A DNA stretch of 64,000 bases from Octopus vulgaris (taxonomy: Eukaryota): positions 38,626,001 through 38,690,000 of the forward strand of contig OX597818.1 of NCBI GenBank assembly GCA_951406725.2, in the 5' to 3' direction. Under the pieces are notes generated by a model that made no database searches, was not told where the DNA came from, and saw nothing but the letters and a program-made list of their open reading frames with translations. The stretch's first letter is position 1. Each line of letters starts with the position of its first letter. Shown piece after piece: positions 24,547-37,669 of this stretch. A program made the position numbers and the translations under genes.

Positions 24547-26940
24547 ATTACTTGATATGTTGCAGTATATGGAACAATTCTATATCTTGGCTTACTGTTC
24601 CAAATGCACCAATTATTATAGGCATGACCTTTACTGTTTGCGCGCTCCAAATTTTTCCTATTTCAAATTTTAAGGGACAGTATTTTTTTTGTTTTTTATC
24701 CTCTTCCTTTATGATCTTCAAATCAAATGGCCATGATGGGTTGATAAGTAAGAAACTTTGCTTTTCCCTATCTATAATCATTATGTCTGGTCTATCATTT
24801 TCTAATTTCTTGTCTATTTGAATAGGAAAGTCCCACAAAATCTTAAATTTTTCCGACTCGATGATAGTACTTACATTACTCTTTTGACTTAATGATGGTA
24901 CTATATGTTTCCAGCTTCAAATCCCAATTTTTGGCACAGTTTCCAGTGTATAACTTTACCCTGGTTGTGCCTCCATTTCTTATATTCTTCCTGTGACAAC
25001 ATGGGGCATACTGTCACAATGTGTGCCACTGCCTCACTCCAAGTTCTACAAGCTCTAAATTTTTCTGACATATTCTCTCCATACATATTTTTTCTCAAGT
25101 TGTTTGTTTTTATTGCTTGATCTTGGACTGCTACAATCAGGTTTTCTGTTACTTTTTTTAATTGCCCCCTTTTTTGACCAAACCCAGAATTTTGTTCCAC
25201 ATACGTTTTCAGTGGCTTTCCCCAAAAATTGGCTCCTATTACACACTTCATCACCTGTTCTTTATTACCTTTTTTTAGTAGTGTTTCTATGCTGCTCTGC
25301 AAATACTTTAGCAGACTTTTCTTTTCAACTGTACCCATTCTTCTACTGCTATTAAGCCTCTCCCACCTTGATCTCTCCACAAGTACAGCTGATTGATATG
25401 AGCTTTCAGATGGTGGGGTCCATACATTGTCAACAACTTCCTAGTTTTTCTGTCAAGTTTCTTTTATATTGTTTCTGGTTTAGTCAATAATTCCAACACC
25501 ATATCTAATTAAGGATAAAAAAATAATAAATTTCGGCCTTTTCAATCCTAGCCAGGCTCATGGGCCTGTTTTCCCAGTTTCTGTGGCATATGTGTTCCCC
25601 CCAGCTGGACAGGACGCCAGTCCATTGCGGTGTTACTCAAGAAACAGGAAGAGAGAGTGAGAAAGTTGTGGCGAAAGAGTACAACAAGGGTCACTACCAC
25701 CCCCTGCCAGAGCCTCATGGAGCTTTTGGGTGTTTTTGCTCAATAAACACACACAACGCCCGGTCTGAGAATTGAAACCGCAATCCTCCGACAGCGAGTC
25801 CAATGCCCTAACCACTGGGCCATTGTGATCTGATTAAGGATGCTGCCCTGGAATTTATTGCTTCAATAAGATTTTTGGAATTCAGATTTGACTTCAATAA
25901 TCTTCTGACTCTCCTTGTGTACTGCATATTGGTAATTTGTTTCATTTATTCATTTTTTTTCTTGTCTGCTTCTAGTATTCCCAAGTACTTATACCACTGT
26001 CCTTTCCCAACTGCTCTCATTGTTTGCTTGTTTGGCATTTTGATTCCTTGGCTTCTTTCAAATCTTCCTCATTTCATTTTCAATAAAGCACACTTTTCTA
26101 TCCCAAATCCCATTCCCATGTCATTTGAGAAAATGCAGATAGTATATACAAGACTTTCAAGCTGTTTCTCATTTTTGCACAAACCTCACCTACTTGTCAT
26201 CCAAGCAAGGATGTGACCTTGCTGCAGGCAGTCATCCAATTGCACAGCGATCCTTTCATGCAACTGTGTAAAAGTTCTTCAGCCAATAGCCTTGTACTCC
26301 ATCTGGGCCTGATCCTTTCCAATTTGCTATTTTTTTTCCTAACTCCTGCCTCACTGTAAATAAATTAATTCTGACATCCTTTTGTCTTGGTACAGCTGCA
26401 AGTTGTCTTTCCACCTTTGTTAGCCACTCTGTGCCTTCTTTGTCTTGTCGGCTTGTTCCACAGCCTTCCCCCAAATTCTTTACTTTCTTCTGTATCTGGA
26501 ATCAGTTTCTGGTGTTGGCCTCCCTCTATTTCCTCAAATAGACACCTTCTATTTGATTGGAACAGTGTATTCTGTTTGAAACCTTTGCATCTAGCATCAC
26601 ATCTTTTCAATTTAGTCTTTAATGCTGTCACCTTTTGTATCAATTCTTCATGTACTGTTCGTTTTCCCCTTTCTTCTAACCAGTACTGTCCATTCAATTT
26701 TCTGATTACTCCCTTATTTTTGAGTTCTCTCATTATCCTATTCAATCACCCCAGTTCTTTCCATGTCTTTTTCAGCTTCATTCGTATTCTTTTCCCCCAG
26801 TTTGGTTCTTTCTTTTCTGACAGTGTGAAGTACAGTGTAGTGTGCACTTTTTGGTTCTTTTGTATTTTGTATCGTTGCGGATAGGATATCTGTTGTTGAT
26901 TGTTTTGACTTGTGATATTATTTGCCTTTGTTGCTTTTTT
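24547..26940 (-). mobile_element. Degenerate R4/Dong-like non-LTR element (restriction-like endonuclease), RT core apparently deleted
   Basis: NWKGSGPDGVQGYWLK, GMGFGIEKCA, knuckle ACR..EAVAHIVTVC, RHNQGKVIHWKLC, WDFPIQ..RPDIMIID, IIIGAFGTV. Confidence 0.85.
25517..25827 (-). mobile_element. tRNA-SINE (chimeric head/tail) nested in the R4/Dong-like element
   Basis: A box TGGCCCAGTGG; TSD ATCTRATTAAGGAT at 25503-25516 and 25828-25841. Confidence 0.8.
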
Positions 26941-29900
26941 TTCCCTAGTGGGGGCAAAAATTACAGAGAATGTGAAAGAAGTACAAACGCGTGCCAGGAG
27001 CTATGCTCAGTAGCAGGCTGCGATAATATTGTTACAACTGTTAAACAGCTTGAAGTCAGAGAGGTGCATGTAAACTTTGAGACAGTGAAGAACAGTAGAA
27101 AATTGTTAAAAAGAGAAGTAACAAGACTGAAATTGACACCATCAGAAGAAGAAACAAGAAACAAGAAAAAGAAAACAGTGGTTTACAGAACCCTTTCATT
27201 AATAACCTCTGTTGGTAATAAAGGGCCTTTTGCTCAGAGTGGAAAGTAGACTGTATGATGCATGTGTGCGAACAGCCATGCTACACGGCAGCAAAACATG
27301 GGCTGTTACTACTGAGGAGATGTGTAGGCTTCAAAGAAATGAAGCTAGTATGATCACAGCTGTGGTTGATACCGGTGTTGCATAATCAGCCCATTTAAGA
27401 GTATCCTTGAATTTTCAAGCGATATACTGTGCTTGAGAAGACCTGTTGAGTCAAGTGAAATTGAATTGTGGCCAATGACTTGGCAAGTAAAGTGAGATCA
27501 CTGCTGTGGCCCATACCAGTGTCGCATAAGCAGCCCTTTTAAAAGTATCCTTGAATTGTCAGATGGTATGCTGTGCTTGAGAAGACCTATTGAGTGAAGT
27601 AAAATTAAATCAAATCAAAATCAAAATGGAAATTGTAGTTGTGGCTGATGCCAGTGCTGCCTGACTGGCACCTGTGCTGGTGGCACATAATAAGCACCAT
27701 TCAAATGTGGGTCAATACCAGTGCTGCTTGATTCGCTCCCATGCCGGTGGAACATAAAACGCACCCACTACACTCTCAGAGTAGTTGGCATTAGGAAGGG
27801 CATCCAGCTGTAGAAATCTTGCCAGATCAGATTGGAGCCTGGTGCTGCTTGCCGGCTTGCCAGTCCCCAGTCAAACCATCCAACCCATGCCAGCATGGAA
27901 AATGGATGTTAAATGATAATGATGATGATATACATTTGTGTAAATGTGCATATACATAGATCACCATCATCATCATCCTTTAACGTCCATTTTCCATGCT
28001 GGCATGGGTTGGATAGCTTGACAGGAGCTGGAAAGCAGGAGGGCTGCACCAGGCTCCAGTTGTCTGTTTTGGCATGATTTCTATGGCTGGATGCCTTTCC
28101 TAGCACCAACCACTTTACAGAGTGTACTGGGTACTTTTTGACGATGATGATGATGATGACGGTGGCGGTGGTGATGATGACAATAAAAATATAGTTAGAA
28201 GATGAAAAAGTAACAAGGGATAAAATGATCTGAAACAGATGCTATAAAATATATACATCTGTGGAAACAGATATTAAAAATAAACATACACACCCCAGCT
28301 CTGAAGCTGAAACTTGTAAAGAAAAAAAAATACATCCATACATACATACATACACACACGTATGCATATATAGCTGTATCTAGGACCTATAACTTAATCT
28401 TAGTTGCTAAAGTAAATACTAAATGAGATAACTTCTATATCATAAATTAATTGCTTTATCAGAATAATGAACTAAATTTTATGTGCCTAAGACTGATAGT
28501 ATTAAAGATATTTGTCGCTACAGAGAATTGAAGTATAAGGCTTTAGAATTTGTTTTTCTATGACAAAGTTTTAAAACACTTCAAGAATATTTTTCTTTCT
28601 TGTTGAAAGGTCATTGCGTCCTTCACTGTGTTTATTTTTTTGTATGATTGATGTGCATATCTTGTCTTTTACTTGTTTCAATCATTGGACAGTAGCCATA
28701 CTAGGGCAATGCCTCGTAAAGTTTTAGTCAAACAAATTGCCCCCCAGTACTTATGGTACTTATTCTATCAGACTCATTTGCCAAACTGCTAAGTTGCAGG
28801 GATGCAAACAAACCAACATTAGTTGTCAGGTGGGTGGGATGACAGACACATGCACACATATATACGATGGTCTTCACAGTTTTCATCTACCAAATTAATT
28901 TACAAGGCACAGATTATCTTGGGGCTATATTAAAAGACACTTGCTCAAGGTTCCATGCAGTGGGACTGAACCTAAACAATTTGGTTGTAAAGCAACCACA
29001 GAGCCAAAGTCATACCTAAAACAGGGAAACACACAAGAAGGATATTGAAATTTGGTGTGATATAAACTAGAATAAATACAATCTTACTGACACCTGCAAG
29101 CTGATGAAAGACAAACAAATCTCAGATAAATCCCTTGATGTACTTTGAGATGGGAGTAAAGTGAAAGGAAACCAGTCTCTGTAATTTAGTAGACTGACAC
29201 TTTGGTATATTGCTATGGTTCCACAGTGGTTCATAAAGCCAGAGCTTAAATCCAGATTTTTGGAGTATTAAGCAGATGAGAAATATATCCACTCTACCAA
29301 CTGGATAGAATTCAGTCTATTGTAAGTGTCACAGGTGTCAGTCATATTTCCTGTAGCTAGGTGAATTGAGTTCATAGATAAGAACTTATAAGCTGTAAAC
29401 TAGTAGTCTAATGTCTCATCCACTTAGCTGTATGGTCTCGTCCAAATTATAATATTATGATATTAAGAAATGAAAGCAGATCAGTTGTCACTGATATCTA
29501 TGCTGTTAAATAAATGGCAGACAAGAAATATCTTCCCTGGTTTGGATGCTAGTGTACATATAAGTTAACTTTATCTGGCAAAATGAAACCTACTTTCTAG
29601 CTACAGTACATGTTTGAAATAACACATGGCATCCAGAATAAGGGGAAACTTCAAGCTTACAGTACTCTAAAATTTGTAATAAGCATGTACTTGCTATCTA
29701 ACACTAGTGGTATATGATTCATGTATTCCTTTTTAATTTTAAAAATGCATCTTAAATGATTATTTTGATATTTTCAAAATGCATTTAAATGCTTTGTTTA
29801 AATCTTTTAAATATTTTATAATGATAGTTTTAAATGTATTAACATGCTTTCTCTTCAAAATTACTTGCTGTAATAAATACCAGCGTCGCCTTACTGGCAC

Positions 29901-32754
29901 GTGAAAAAACATTCAAGTGAGGTCATTGCCAGAGCCACTGGGCTGGCTCCTGTGCAGGTGGCACATAAAAAACACCATTTGAGTGTGACTGTTGCCAGTA
30001 TCGCCTGACTGGCCCTCGTGCTGGTGGCATGTAAAAGCACCCACTACACTCAGAGTGGTTAGCGTAAGAAAGGGCATCCAGCTGTAGAAACTCTGCTGGA
30101 TCAGACTGGAGCCTGTTGCAGCCATCTGGTTTGCCAGTCCTCAGTCAAATCATCCAACCCATGCTAGCATGGAAAGTGGACGTTAAATGATGATGATGAT
30201 GAATAAAATGGTATTGTATCACTATTTCCTATTTACTGTACCTCCTTTTTTATATCTCTCTACCTCTGCAATAAATGTGATTTAAAAGCAGTTGAAAATT
30301 CACAATTGCAACATTCTGTAATAAGATTAATTTATTTTAATATGCTTTACACCATCATCAGCATCATCATTTAATGTCCATTGTCCATGCTGGCATGGGT
30401 TGGATGGTTTGACTGGGCTGGCACGCTAGAAGGCAGCACCAGGATCCAGTCTGATTTGGCATGGTTTTCTATGGCTGGATGCCCTTCCCAATGGCAACCA
30501 CTCTGAGAGTGTAATGGGTGCTTTTATGTGCAACTGGCATAGGTGCCATTCACGTGACACCAGTTTCTGCCACGACTGCAATTTTACTTGGCTTGATGGG
30601 TCCTCTTCTCATGCACAGCATAACACCAAAGGTCTTGGTCATTGCTTCCGTGAGGCCCAACACTTGAAAGGAGCTTTGCCACTTTGCCTCTATGAAGCCC
30701 AACGTTTGAAAGAAACTCAGCCACCTCACCTCTGTGAAGCCCACTCAAAAGGAACTCAGTCATTTTGCCTTTGTGAGGCCCAACGTTCAAAGATTAATTT
30801 GTTTTTTGTATGTGCCACCAGCACAAGTGCATTTGGCTTGGTGGGTCCTCTTAAGCAGAGCACATCACCAAAGGTCTTGGTTACTACTCATTGCCTCTGC
30901 GAGGTTCAAAGATTGAAGGTTAAGCTTCACTACCTGGTACCATGTCTTCCTGGGTCTAGCTCTACCACAAGTTCCCTCCAGTTAGAGATCAGCACTTCAT
31001 TACACAATTGTCCTTGTCCATACACATCACATGATCATACCAGCGCAGTCATCTCTCTTACCAACATTATTTTAAATCTGTTTTTTTTCATACTGGCATG
31101 GTTGGGACAGGTTTTACACTGCCTTGTAATCTGTCCACAATCTTTGTTATCAAAACCAACCACCCCACTCCATGAACAGTAGCAGCAGCAGCCACTGCCA
31201 CCACCTCATCCTCATTATTTAACATTTATTTTCCATGCTGGCATGGGTTGGACGGTTTGGTAGGAACTGGCAAGGCCAGGAGCCACACCAAGTTCTGTTG
31301 TCTGTTTTGGCATGGATGCCCTTCCTAACATTAACCACTTTACAGAGAGAACTGGGTGCTTTTTACGTGACACCAGTACTGACAAGATCATCAAGTACTT
31401 TGTAAGACAAAAGCTCCTCAACTGAGAGCTGGGGCAGTAGTTTTGAGAGCAAGTAGCTTTGTGCCAGTTGAGAGATTAAAAGTATAGAGGGACAGATTTA
31501 GGTGTCTTGCTGTAGAGTAGATACATGGATACTCCAGTTGGAAAAGGAAGGAGAGTCAGAAGAGTAAGATAATGAGGGTGGTCGTAGGAGAGATAATGGT
31601 GAAGATGTGTTGAGACATTCCCTTGTGCAACTTTCATGAACCCTGTTCTGTGAGAAATACTGATGCAGAGTCTGTAGTATGGTCTGTGATGAAGAGCACT
31701 ATATAGATACACCAAAGGTACATTTGTGTGTCTATCTTTTCTATTCTCTTACTTGTTTCAGTCATCATCATCATCATCGTTTAACATCCACTTTCCATGC
31801 TAGCATGGGATGGACAATTTGACTGAGGGCTGGCGAACCAGATGGCTGCACCAGGCTCCAATTGTGATTTGGCAGAGTTTCTACAGCTGGATACCCTTCC
31901 TAACGCCAACCACTCCGAGTGTAATGGGTGCTTTTACATGCCACCAGCATGAGGGCCAGTCAGGCGGTACTGGTAAGGACCTCGCTCGAATGTTTTTACA
32001 CGTGCCACCAGCACAAGTGCCAGTAAGGCAACACTGGTAACGATCACACTCAAATGGTACCTTTTACATGCCACCTGCACGGAAGCCAGTTAGCTGCTCT
32101 GGCAATGATCACGCTCAGATGGTGCTCTTAGCACCCTACTAGCACGAGGCTCAAGTGCCAGTAAGGCGACACTGGTAATGATCATACTATTTGACTGAAA
32201 TTGGCCCCAGGACTTATTCTTTGTAAGCCTAGTACTTATTCTATTGTGGGACTGAACCTGGAACCATGTGGTTACGAAGCAAGCTTCTTACCATACAGCC
32301 AAGCCTGTGCCTATGCATACCTTTAGCTAATGTGTATCAAAGAGGGATGTAAATATTAACGAGAAAACAAGAAAAAAATATCCCAGAAGAAAACAGTGCT
32401 TTCTATCCAAGGACTCTTATGCTGGATCACTGCCTTAAAGGCTTTTTTTCAGTTGAAGAAATCAACCCCAAGACTTACTCTTTGTAAGCCTAGTACTTAT
32501 TCTATCAGTCTCTTTTGCCGAACCACTAAGTTACAGGGACGTAAATGCACCAACATTGTAAATACACACACATATATATATATGTCAGCTTCTTTCGGTT
32601 TCTGTCTACCAAATCCACTTACAAGGCTTTGGTTAGCCCGAGACAATAGTAGAAGGCACTAGCCCAAGGTGCCATGTAGTGGGACTGAACCCAGAATCAT
32701 GTGGTTGGGAAGCAAGCTTCTTATCACACAGCCACGCCTGTGCCTATATAATAT

Positions 32755-33147
32755 ACTCTCTTTTACTTGTTTCAGTCATTTTGACTGTGGCCATGCTGGA
32801 GCACCGCCTTTAGTCGAGCAAATCGACCCCAGGACTTATTCTTTGTAATCCTAGTACTTATTCTATCGGTGTCTTTTGCCGAACCGCTAAGTTACGGGGA
32901 CGTAAACACACCGGCATCGGTTGTCAAGCGATGTTGGGGGGACAAACACAGACACAGACACACACACACACACACATATATACGACAGGCTTCTTTCAGT
33001 TTCCGTTTACCGAATCCACTCACAAGGTTTTGGTCAGCCCGATGCTATAGTAGAAGACATTTGTCCAAGGTACCACGCAGTGGGACTGAACCCGGAACCA
33101 TGTGGTTGGTAAACAAGCTACTTACCACACAGCCACTCCTACGCCTA
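32755..33147 (-). mobile_element. Abundant tRNA-derived SINE with central microsatellite ('family O'), representative copy
   Basis: Head GGCGTAGGAGTGGCTGTGTGGTAAG..GGTTCAGTCCC, body CCTTGGRCAARTGTCTTCTACTATAGC, tail GACTGAAACAAGTAAAA. Other copies 23092-23490(-), 32400-32745(-), 39955-40367(-), 45432-45839(-), 47896-48298(+), 18060-18375(+), 19058-19640(+), 57320-58260 cluster. Confidence 0.9.
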
Positions 33148-34704
33148 TAAATAAAAAATTTGGTTTCTGTATTTCGTTTGCAATAATAAAAACAAGCACT
33201 GGTTCAATTCCACTTTTTTATTAATTATTTCTTAACTGATTAGCTATATAACTAATTAATTGTTTGCTTAATCATTCTGTATGGTTTTAAGTTAAACTTC
33301 TGCTAATGAAGAACATATGAGGGGGTACCCAAAAGTAATTGGAAATGTCCTGTGGGACAAACCTGTTATAGTTCAAGCTTCTGCTGCTAGAAGCCACTTG
33401 ATGTGACCCTCAGGCATCAGTCTAATATTTCTTCTGAATAATATTTTATTAGGTTGTGTATGGAGTACTTAGGATGAATTCATTGATCTGAAATTGCTTT
33501 GGAAATCCTTGATTTACATTTACATATAAAGCAAAATAAGAAATCTTATTCAATAGAAAATATAACAGCATAAATCCTCAAGACAATTTATTAGCTAGGA
33601 TTATCATTTCATTCTCATTTGTATGGCATCCTAACAATGTAAGCCACTGCCACTACCACCACCATTTAGCATCTGTTTTCCATGGCATGGGTTATTCAGT
33701 TTGACTGTAACTGGTAAGCCAGAGAGCTGCACCAGACTCCAGTTTGTTTTGGTTTGGTTTCTACAGTTGGATGCTCTTCCTAACGCCAACCACTCTACAG
33801 AGCCAAGTAGGTGTCCTTTACGAGTCAACTGGCATCATCCTAATATTCATTTTTTTGAGGCATATTTTCTACAGCCAACTGCCCCTCCTATTATCAAACC
33901 CCACCTGTTTTCAAGCAAGGTAATATCTCTCCATCTCTGGATATGTTTCCATGGAAGATTGAAAATGAAAAACGCTATTTGTATGGCAACAATGCTCTTT
34001 TATAACTCTCACATGATGTCTAGACAAAAGGGACACAAGCACACACATATATATGTAGTGGATCTTGCATGCATGAAGTAGATTCGATCCACCACAGCCA
34101 AATTTAAATTAACACTGCAACAGAACTTTTCCCACGGTGGAACAATGGTTTTTCTTTGACAGCAGTTTTACATTTTCCAGATGCCTTTAGCTATGCCGAA
34201 ATAATGTCTTCACCACTTGACCCTTTCTAACCTCTTCTACTTACCCAAAAGCTAGAATAGAGATAACAAGACCACCAACTAAATCTATTGTTCTCAATGA
34301 TATATCTATCCTTCTGGATGGTTATATAAGCAAGCACATCCCAAGCAAAAATCAGTTTGTCACAATCGTGATGACTCAACACAGTTAGTCACAGTTGGTG
34401 ACGACTCAACGAGGTCTGGCTGACCAACCTTGGTCAGAGGGAGAAAGCAACTGTGAGACAACACCCTACAATTCTCTCTAGCTCTAATTCTGTTCTCTTA
34501 CAACATCATTCTATCTCTCTCTGTGAATTACTACTACTAAACAATGAAGAGGACACAAACACAAACTTTACATCGCAAGCTTTTAGATTTATCACAACCT
34601 GCCCGTCGAGGCATGGTATTGTAACGTAACAGTAAATAAATACTTCCTTAAAACTTCATGCATTGTTCATCTTTCACATCTTACAACATGCAATTAATAA
34701 CTAC

Positions 34705-36036
34705 GAACTTTAATTCATCCGTATCTCTATTTATTATTATTATTTATTAATTATTATTATTCTGATCCCCCTAGTCGCCACTCTGTTTACTATTTCAGCC
34801 TCGCCTCGTTTTTTTTTTTTTTTTGCATATTCTGTATAATTCACTAGTTATCGTTATAGATATTTAGGTTCTATCTCCCTTACAGAGCTGATTAGAAATT
34901 GGCTGCCCGTTCTTCGCGGGGTTTTCTCTCCCCCTCTTTTTACATTGTCTGTCTGGACTCCTCTTCCTACTCCTCGACATGGCCATGCATACTTAAGCTA
35001 GTAACCTGCCTCACTCTTGATTCTGAACTCCTTTTGCCAAGTCTGTCCGTAAGCGAAGTGATCCCAAGATAAGAAATCTTTGAACTTTAATTCATCCGTA
35101 TCTCTATTTATTATTATTATTTATTAATTATTATTATTCTGATCCCCCTAGTCGCCACTCTGTTTACTATTTCAGCCTCGCCTCGTTTTTTTGCATATTC
35201 TGTATAATTCACTAGTTATCGTTATAGATATTTAGGTTCTATCTCCCTTACAGAGCTGATTAGAATTTGGCTGCCCGTTCTTCGCGGGGTTTCTCTCCCC
35301 CTCTTTTTACATTGTCTGTCTGGACTCCTCTTCCTACTCCTCGACATGGCCATGCATACTTAAGCTAGTAACCTGCCTCACTCTTGATTCCGAACTCCTT
35401 TTGCCAAGTCTGTCCGTAAGCGAAGTGATCCCAAGATAAGAAATCTTTGAACTTTAATTCATCCGTATCTCTATTTATTATTATTATTTATTAATTATTA
35501 TTATTCTGATCCCCCTAGTCGCCACTCTGTTTACTATTTCAGCCTCGCCTCGTTTTTTTTTTTTTGCATATTCTGTATAATTCACTAGTTATCGTTATAG
35601 ATATTTAGGTTCTATCTCCCTTACAGAGCTGATTAGAAATTGGCTGCCGGTTCTTCGCGGGGTTTCTCTCCCCCTCTTTTTACATTGTCTGTCTGGACTC
35701 CTCTTCCTACTCCTCGACATGGCCATGCATACTTAAGCTAGTAACCTGCCTCACTCTTGATTCCGAACTCCTTTTGCCAAGTCTGTCCGTAAGCGAAGTG
35801 ATCCCAAGATAAGAAATCTTTGAACTTTAATTCATCCGTATCTCTATTTATTATTATTATTTATTAATTATTATTATTCTGATCCCCCTAGTCGCCACTC
35901 TGTTTACTATTTCAGCCTCGCCTCGTTTTTTTTTTTTTTTTGCATATTCTGTATAATTCACTAGTTATCGTTATAGATATTTAGGTTCTATCTCCCTTAC
36001 AGAGCTGATTAGAAATTGGCTGCCCGTTCTTCGCGG
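34705..36036 (+). repeat. Tandem array of ~370-bp units (3.6 copies, near-identical)
   Basis: Units start 34705, 35082, 35449, 35822; they differ mainly in poly-T length. Confidence 0.97.
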
Positions 36037-36114
36037 CGCGCCCGCCATACCCACCCCCACCACCAATACCGGATATCTCTATTTTGCTCCAACTATACCG
36101 GATGTCGTTTCTCC

Positions 36115-36745
36115 CACCATTATAGGTGTCTACTCTTTGAACCCCTCTCTTCAATACGCTATTTCACCATGCATTACCCCTCTCTCGATATCCTACGTTC
36201 TACTTGCCTAGAACCTGTCCTCTGAACCACCCCTCCCACTGGTGCTCCCCCATATTTCTGCACCCCCACCACCATTATAGGTGTCTACTCTTTGAACCCC
36301 CCTCTTCAATACGCTATTTCACCATGCATTACCCCTCTCTCGATATCCTACGTTCTTCTTGCCTAGAACCTGTCCTCTGAACCACCCCTCCCGCTGGTGC
36401 TCCCCTATATTTCTGCACCCCCACCACCACCATTATAGGTGTCTACTCTTTGAACCCCCCTCTTCAATACGCTATTTCACCATTTCACCATGCATTACCC
36501 CTCTCTCGATATCCTACGTTCTACTTGCCTAGAACCTGTCCTCTGAACCACCCCTCCCACTGGTGCTCCCCTATATTTCTGCACCCCCACCACCATTATA
36601 GGTGTCTACTCTTTGACCCCCTCTTCAATACGCTATTTCACCATGCATTACCCCTCTCTCGATATCCTACGTTCTACTTGCCTATTACCTGTCCTCTGAA
36701 CCACCCCTCCCACTGGTGCTCCCCTATATTTCTGCCCCCCCCCCC
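36115..36745 (+). repeat. C-rich VNTR, ~155-bp unit x4
   Basis: CACCATTATAGGTGTCTACTC units at 36115, 36270, 36428, 36591; single homologous unit at ~56182-56341. Confidence 0.95.
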
Positions 36746-36986
36746 ATAAAAAAAAAAAAAAAAAAAAAAAAGCACCATCCGAACGTGGCCGATGCCAGAC
36801 CCCTCTGGCACCTGTGCAGGTGGCACGTAAAAAACACCCACTACACTCGTGGAGTGGTTGGCGTTAGGAAGGGCATCCAGCTGTAGAAACACTGCCAGAC
36901 TAGACTGGAGCCTGGGGCAGTCCCGAGCTCTCAGACCCCGGTCGAAACCGTCCAACCCGTGCTAGCGCGGAAAACGGACGTTAAAC

Positions 36987-37028
<42 letters not shown>

Positions 37029-37310
37029 AATAATTATCGTCACACCAGCTGACCAAAACATAACATAGTAATGTTTACAAATTTATTCCTATCGTTACAA
37101 ATACATACATATATGATGGGTTCTTTCAGTTTCCAGCTACCAAAATCACTCACAAGGCTTTGGTTAGCCCAAAGTGCCATGCACTGGGACTAAACCCAAA
37201 ACCATATAGTTGGGGTGTGAACTTTTGGGCCACATAATCATACCTAATTATACTATCTTCAAGTAATGATAAATTAATTTCCAAAAAATAATTGTTTTAT
37301 AAACATTTCC

Positions 37311-37316
37311 TTTATT
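37311..37316 (-). promoter_or_regulatory. PRKDC: Candidate polyadenylation signal of PRKDC
   Basis: AATAAA ~145 nt after the stop codon in an AT-rich 3'UTR. Confidence 0.5.
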
Positions 37317-37461
37317 TTAATTTCCCACATACATTTAAAAATACAGTGTAACATTTTAGGTGATTTTAAGAAAAGATGTTTTGAATTAAGTTTTAAAAAA
37401 TTAAAATGTAACAAAGTGATTCAACAAATGAATTTTAAAAAATTGATAGTATGATTTAGAT

Positions 37462-37669
37462 TTAAAGCAATGGATTCCAGCCTTCAAATGTTCTGATCAA
37501 AATATTTGGGTCTGTAGCCAAATCAATGAGTGCTGTAATTTGTTGCTCAACAGTAAGATGTTTTTGCGGAAGTGTATATCGAACATTGCCTTCAGTACCC
37601 AGAACAATCGAAGTGATAGATTCCAAAGCATCCGATTTTCTCACATGTGAATTCAGATTCAATTCATCC
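37462..37669 (-). CDS. PRKDC: DNA-PKcs terminal exon (FATC)
   Basis: tttaaag acceptor, phase 2; DELNLNSHVRK..EQQITALIDLATDPNILIRTFEGWNPLL*, matching DNA-PKcs ATDPNILGRTWEGWEPWM. Confidence 0.96.

Larger units (their letters stand above)
34705..37027 (+). mobile_element. Composite retroposon copy 1 (tandem 5' module + linker + VNTR + family-R tail)
   Basis: Same linker/VNTR/tail order and same tail variants as 55559-56655; long perfect (GAT)n tail. Confidence 0.7.

Noticed and set aside
29083-29178. Possible minus-strand exon with GTAAG donor
   Set aside because: No recognisable peptide or partner exons; I found no supportable second host gene in 1-34 kb
34359-34688. TG..CA-bounded segment with AATAAA, possible solo LTR
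   Set aside because: No TSD or second copy visible
34705-36036. Retrozyme interpretation of the ~370-bp and 342-bp units
   Set aside because: No CTGANGA..GAAA hammerhead core found by eye on either strand; other ribozyme classes untested
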